Assembly: GCA_963727825.1 (NCBI GenBank)
Contig: CAVSHO010000011.1
Span: forward strand, 384,001 to 448,000
Direction: 5' to 3'
DNA: 64,000 nt
From: Ignavibacteriota bacterium
GTDB taxonomy: Bacteria; Bacteroidota; Ignavibacteria; UBA10030
Below, piece after piece: positions 60,052 to 64,000 of the stretch. The notes beneath the pieces were generated by a model. It had not been told where the DNA came from and made no database searches. It worked only from the letters and a program-made list of their open reading frames with translations. The position numbers were made by a program, and so were the translations under genes. Numbering within the stretch: the stretch's first letter is position 1; each line of letters starts with the position of its first letter.

Positions 60052-60609
60052 TCAAATCTTTTTAAATACTGCTGAATGACTTTTCCTTATGTTTGGCGAA
60101 TCTAAAAGTTTCATCCCCTTGTTTTGCACAATAGAAAGTGTATTCTGAAATTCTTCTTTTGTAACATGTCCCTGAGGCTCAGAAATTAACAACAATCCGT
60201 CTTTTTTGAGTGATTGAATAATTTCAGAGAACAGCTGCTTTTGATCAGGCACTTCATGCACAACTGCGAATGCTAGCGCGAAATCTACAATACCTGCAAG
60301 ATCATTTATTTGAAGCGAGGATTCGCTGCAAAGACGAATATCAATTCTATCAAGAAGATTCCTTTTTGAAGCGCGGCGTTGAAGACTTTTCAGCATTTTT
60401 TCTTGCATATCAACACAATAAATACGTCCTTTTTCTCCAACAAGTCTCGCCATTGGTATGCTGAAGAATCCCATCCCAGGGCCAACTTCTAAAACCTTCA
60501 TTCCATGTTTTATATATGGACTGAGAATCTTTTCTGGATTCTGAAATAAACGCCGCAAAGGATTTGCTAAGAAATATCCCAAGTACCATGGACATACATG
60601 CGTTCCCAT
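60052..60609 (-). CDS. Class I SAM-dependent methyltransferase
   Basis: VLEVGPGMG, CVDMQEKML, VHEVPD. Confidence 0.85.
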   Translation of the reverse strand: MGTHVCPWYLGYFLANPLRRLFQNPEKILSPYIKHGMKVLEVGPGMGFFSIPMARLVGEKGRIYCVDMQEKMLKSLQRRASKRNLLDRIDIRLCSESSLQINDLAGIVDFALAFAVVHEVPDQKQLFSEIIQSLKKDGLLLISEPQGHVTKEEFQNTLSIVQNKGMKLLDSPNIRKSHSAVFKKI

Positions 60610-60734
60610 ATTATTCTTTCCTTCGCTACAAAATTAATCAGAAATTCTAAACCATAATGGACATTTTCATAGTTAAATATTAGGCCTGAAGCAAATAACT
60701 CGAAATGAAGATGGATGCACAGCGACAGATACGC

Positions 60735-62804
60735 TCAGCATGATCGTAAGCCATCAATACAATAAAAGTCTATCTCATAGTTTTTTCCATCTGATAGAGT
60801 GATATTCGCTCCAAGTACCGAGCCCGATGGCATCACATCGCTTATCTCGATATTTCTAATTGGTGACAACTCTGCTTCACTCCATTCGGAGTCATCTGTC
60901 TTATGAAGCATAACTGTAATCATTAATTCTATCGCAGGATTCTTCGTAGTCCTTTCGCGATTTGTATATATGACCGTGCTTTCTTCTGATTCCGCATTAC
61001 AGCCTTTATGTGTGAAACTCCCCAATGTATCCCAACCTCTGTATGTCAAGAGAGCCAAGCTTCTTCCATGAATCGAAGCTGTGATGACTTTTTTCGTTTT
61101 ATCCTCGAATTGATGAATGATAGGCTTTTTCCCATCGATATGAGGAAGACCGTAATGGCCGAGCGTCAATTCATGTTCGAACGCCAGGCGGCAACGATCG
61201 ATTCTGATTACGCCTCCAGGGATTGTGATTTCAGCAAGATCAATTATATATCCAACACCATTGTTCGGCGGCTTTCGCATTATCAATTGCCGATATAAAA
61301 CATCTTTCCTTACTCCGCCGAAAAGAATGCTTTGAGAGGTCACGAACTCAACATTTTTTTGAGCGTCATTTTTTACGGTTCGCCCTGTAAGATAGAAATT
61401 GACGTCCATGCCTCTTGTGTCTCTCGGGTCAAGACTGCGAAAACAATATTCCATCGCGGTTCCGCCGTTGAGATTATGATCTTCCCATGGAAAATGCGTA
61501 TTGAACGAAAGCTTGGAGTAATTGTGATCGTCATCATAGACCTTGCCTGGAATAATTTCGGATGTGCCAGTTTTTCCATGATCGACCAGAACAATTCCCG
61601 GTTTTTCTAGAATAGTCCTTATCGAAGCGCTTCCTATGCTTTCCCATATCCCTTCGTTTTCTTTCGCAGTCCAAAATGGAGAGTCTTCCGGCAACGCGAG
61701 ACTCAAAAAAGGCATAAACATAATAAAGGGGCTTGCAGAGCAACTATAGTTTTGAAGCATGTACTCCCTGTGTCCATAAAAGCCGAGACTTGGAATATCA
61801 TTTTCAAAAAAATCTTCTCTTGTAACGAATTGCAATAAAGATCCGGAACAAAGCCTTCTTGCCCAGCCGGGATTCAGTGGAGACGACGGTTTCAGCATGA
61901 AGGCAATCGGGAATCCTCCTGAAATCCAGAGCCTGTAGCAAATACTTCGCGCCCACATGTTTATGAAACCATTCCTGGCAAAAAAATTAGAATATGTCTT
62001 CATTAATTCATGCGCACTTTTTTCTAGCGTGCCTGCGATTTCCGGATAATGCTCATCTCCAAATGCCCTGCACCAGACGGTTCCGTATACGATAAACAAG
62101 CTAATAGTATAATAATTATAACTTTGTTCCAGATACCAACCACCTCCTGCGTGATATGAAGCAACCCAGAGAAGATGACTTTTTAAAAGATCATCGTCGA
62201 TATCGTAACCGTTCTTTTTTAGAAAAGAGAGCATTTCGATATTGAAAATTCTCCAATTGTTTTGCGTTGTTCTGTGGTGCGCCCATTTTGAGATTGTTGT
62301 TGCTATTTCGTTTTTTTGGTCCAGCGAAAAATACGGCCATATTACATCCGGCATGAGCAAGAGAAATTTACATAATCCCCCGAACTCGCATGTAAATTGA
62401 TATGTTGCATCTGGTAAATCTTCGGGTAACGGAATTGAATTAGAATGACCTGGAGTCAACGCGTTGTAAATGTGATGGCAATAATATTCTCTCAGATTAA
62501 TTCCATGGATCGCTATCTCCGGCTCGACGTGCATAAGAGGCGCTGCAAGCGATAATGTCCTGATTAAAGCTTCAAATTCAGAAGAACGGTAACGCCATGT
62601 AGGATCATTAGGCTGCGGATATGTTTTACCTGGAACTGTTGGAAATGCGATAGGTGTATCAAATGATTCGACACGTCGAAACGTTCTTTCCAGGATATAT
62701 TTCGCACATTCAATGTAGTGTTTTCTCGTCATTCCAGTATATGGACTGATACCGAAATCTGGGGCTCTAACTATAAACGCATTTTTCAAGCGATTCGCAA
62801 CCAC
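60735..62804 (-). CDS. DUF2264 domain protein
   Basis: SPYTGMTRKHY, NNWRIF, GGGWY, WARSICYR, QNYSC.ASP, LPEDSPFW. Confidence 0.75.
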   Translation of the reverse strand: MVANRLKNAFIVRAPDFGISPYTGMTRKHYIECAKYILERTFRRVESFDTPIAFPTVPGKTYPQPNDPTWRYRSSEFEALIRTLSLAAPLMHVEPEIAIHGINLREYYCHHIYNALTPGHSNSIPLPEDLPDATYQFTCEFGGLCKFLLLMPDVIWPYFSLDQKNEIATTISKWAHHRTTQNNWRIFNIEMLSFLKKNGYDIDDDLLKSHLLWVASYHAGGGWYLEQSYNYYTISLFIVYGTVWCRAFGDEHYPEIAGTLEKSAHELMKTYSNFFARNGFINMWARSICYRLWISGGFPIAFMLKPSSPLNPGWARRLCSGSLLQFVTREDFFENDIPSLGFYGHREYMLQNYSCSASPFIMFMPFLSLALPEDSPFWTAKENEGIWESIGSASIRTILEKPGIVLVDHGKTGTSEIIPGKVYDDDHNYSKLSFNTHFPWEDHNLNGGTAMEYCFRSLDPRDTRGMDVNFYLTGRTVKNDAQKNVEFVTSQSILFGGVRKDVLYRQLIMRKPPNNGVGYIIDLAEITIPGGVIRIDRCRLAFEHELTLGHYGLPHIDGKKPIIHQFEDKTKKVITASIHGRSLALLTYRGWDTLGSFTHKGCNAESEESTVIYTNRERTTKNPAIELMITVMLHKTDDSEWSEAELSPIRNIEISDVMPSGSVLGANITLSDGKNYEIDFYCIDGLRSC

Positions 62805-62936
62805 CCTTCTTACCTAAGCAGTGTTTTGATCTTAACTACCGCAACAGATTTAATTCGTCCGAATAACTCATCGCATACTGAAGACCAGTAATACCTCTTA
62901 CGGCTTTTTTCTTCACTATTTAATTTTAGAATAATT

Positions 62937-64000
62937 TCAGACACTTTCTTTCAAATATTCCTGAATACTTTTCACTGTTAGCCCGCCTTCCTGTTCTTTC
63001 TGAATTGCCTTGACCGCTGTAGCTGCGGCAGAGAGTGTAGTAATGAAAGCAACTTTGTTTTCCAATGCTGCCCAGCCAATGGCGTACTCATCATAGCGGG
63101 AAGTTTCACCGAGTGGTGTGTTGATGACAAGCTGTATCTTCCCGTTCTTAATCAGATCCACAGAATTTGGCCGACTTTCGTTCACTTTAAAAACCCGGTC
63201 GCATGGAATTCCATTTGAGTTAAAAAAGGTCGCAGTTCCTTCCGTTGCAACAAAAGAAAATCCCAGTGCTTGTAGCTCGCGTGCTATATTCAATGTAATT
63301 TCATTCTTATCATTATTATTCACACTGAAAAATACTGTTCCTTCTGTCGGTAAAGTGTTACTTGCGGCAATTTGCGATTTAGCAATGGATGCACCGACAC
63401 TATCGGAAATTCCCATCACCTCGCCGGTAGAACGCATTTCGGGGCCAAGGAACACTCGAGTCTTTGGAAATTTTGCAAACGGGAATACGGCTTCCTTTAC
63501 AGAAATGTGTTTTACTTTCCTGAAATCGAAATCTTTGCAGCCGAGTTCTTCCAACGTTCTTCCTACCATAACTTTTGCAGCAATCTTGGCCAGTGGTAAT
63601 CCTATTGCTTTGCTTACAAATGGTACTGTCCGTGATGCTCGTGGGTTCACTTCCAGCACATAAACAACATCATCTTTCATAGCATACTGAACATTCATCA
63701 ATCCAATAACCTTCAATGCCTTTGCCAATTTCACCGTGATGTTGATCATTTCATTAAGGTTTTTTTCGGAGATCATATACGGTGGAAGCACACAACTGCT
63801 GTCGCCGGAATGAATACCCGCCTCTTCAATGTGTTCCATCACACCGCCAATCATCACATCTTTGCCATCGCATACACAATCAACATCATACTCAAAAGCA
63901 TCTTCAAGAAAACGGTCGATGAGCACAGGATGGTCGGGGGAAACATCTACAGCTTTCCTCATATATTCACGCAATGAATCTTTTGTATAGCAGACTTCCA
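62937..64000 (-). CDS. carB: Carbamoyl-phosphate synthase large subunit, C-terminal part
   Basis: MEHIEEAGIHSGDS, EVNPRASRTVPFVSKA, LGPEMRSTGEVMG, MGS domain ATEGT..VINTP. Confidence 0.95.
   Translation of the reverse strand, partial: EVCYTKDSLREYMRKAVDVSPDHPVLIDRFLEDAFEYDVDCVCDGKDVMIGGVMEHIEEAGIHSGDSSCVLPPYMISEKNLNEMINITVKLAKALKVIGLMNVQYAMKDDVVYVLEVNPRASRTVPFVSKAIGLPLAKIAAKVMVGRTLEELGCKDFDFRKVKHISVKEAVFPFAKFPKTRVFLGPEMRSTGEVMGISDSVGASIAKSQIAASNTLPTEGTVFFSVNNNDKNEITLNIARELQALGFSFVATEGTATFFNSNGIPCDRVFKVNESRPNSVDLIKNGKIQLVINTPLGETSRYDEYAIGWAALENKVAFITTLSAAATAVKAIQKEQEGGLTVKSIQEYLKESV

Noticed and set aside
138-63663. Many short antisense or overlapping ORFs in the six-frame track
   Set aside because: They shadow well-supported genes and lack motifs or RBSs.

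Overview
Bacterial chromosomal window, most consistent with an Ignavibacteria-like/FCB-group organism (T9SS C-terminal sorting domains, Bacteroidota-type sdhCAB, GGGP synthase family gene; taxonomy is inferred). Housekeeping blocks (hydA-like, aas-like, sdhCAB, hit-icd, clpS-TA-alaS-pcrB-gmhA-wcaJ-like, TPR/OM-barrel/SPOR/TonB, carB) alternate with two accessory regions. (1) 6.4-13.4 kb is a three-gene secreted-protein operon with a consensus sigma70 promoter: a large protein ending in a lytic-transglycosylase-like domain and broken by one in-frame TGA, a propeller-like/Ig-repeat protein, and a small T9SS cargo. It looks like a T9SS-linked toxin/immunity module. (2) About 29.7-57.5 kb holds a nuclease-STAND defence candidate, a triplicated promoter plus structured leader, an ECF sigma locus, two class III cyclases, T9SS repeat proteins and several gene remnants. 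Short GC-rich hairpins are dispersed through the window, two of them in frame inside genes. Several single-base indels in conserved genes (five in alaS) point to sequencing/assembly error, so frameshifts are not treated as biology. No rRNA, tRNA, CRISPR array, integrase, transposase or reverse transcriptase was recognised. All family assignments come from motif recognition, not database searches.
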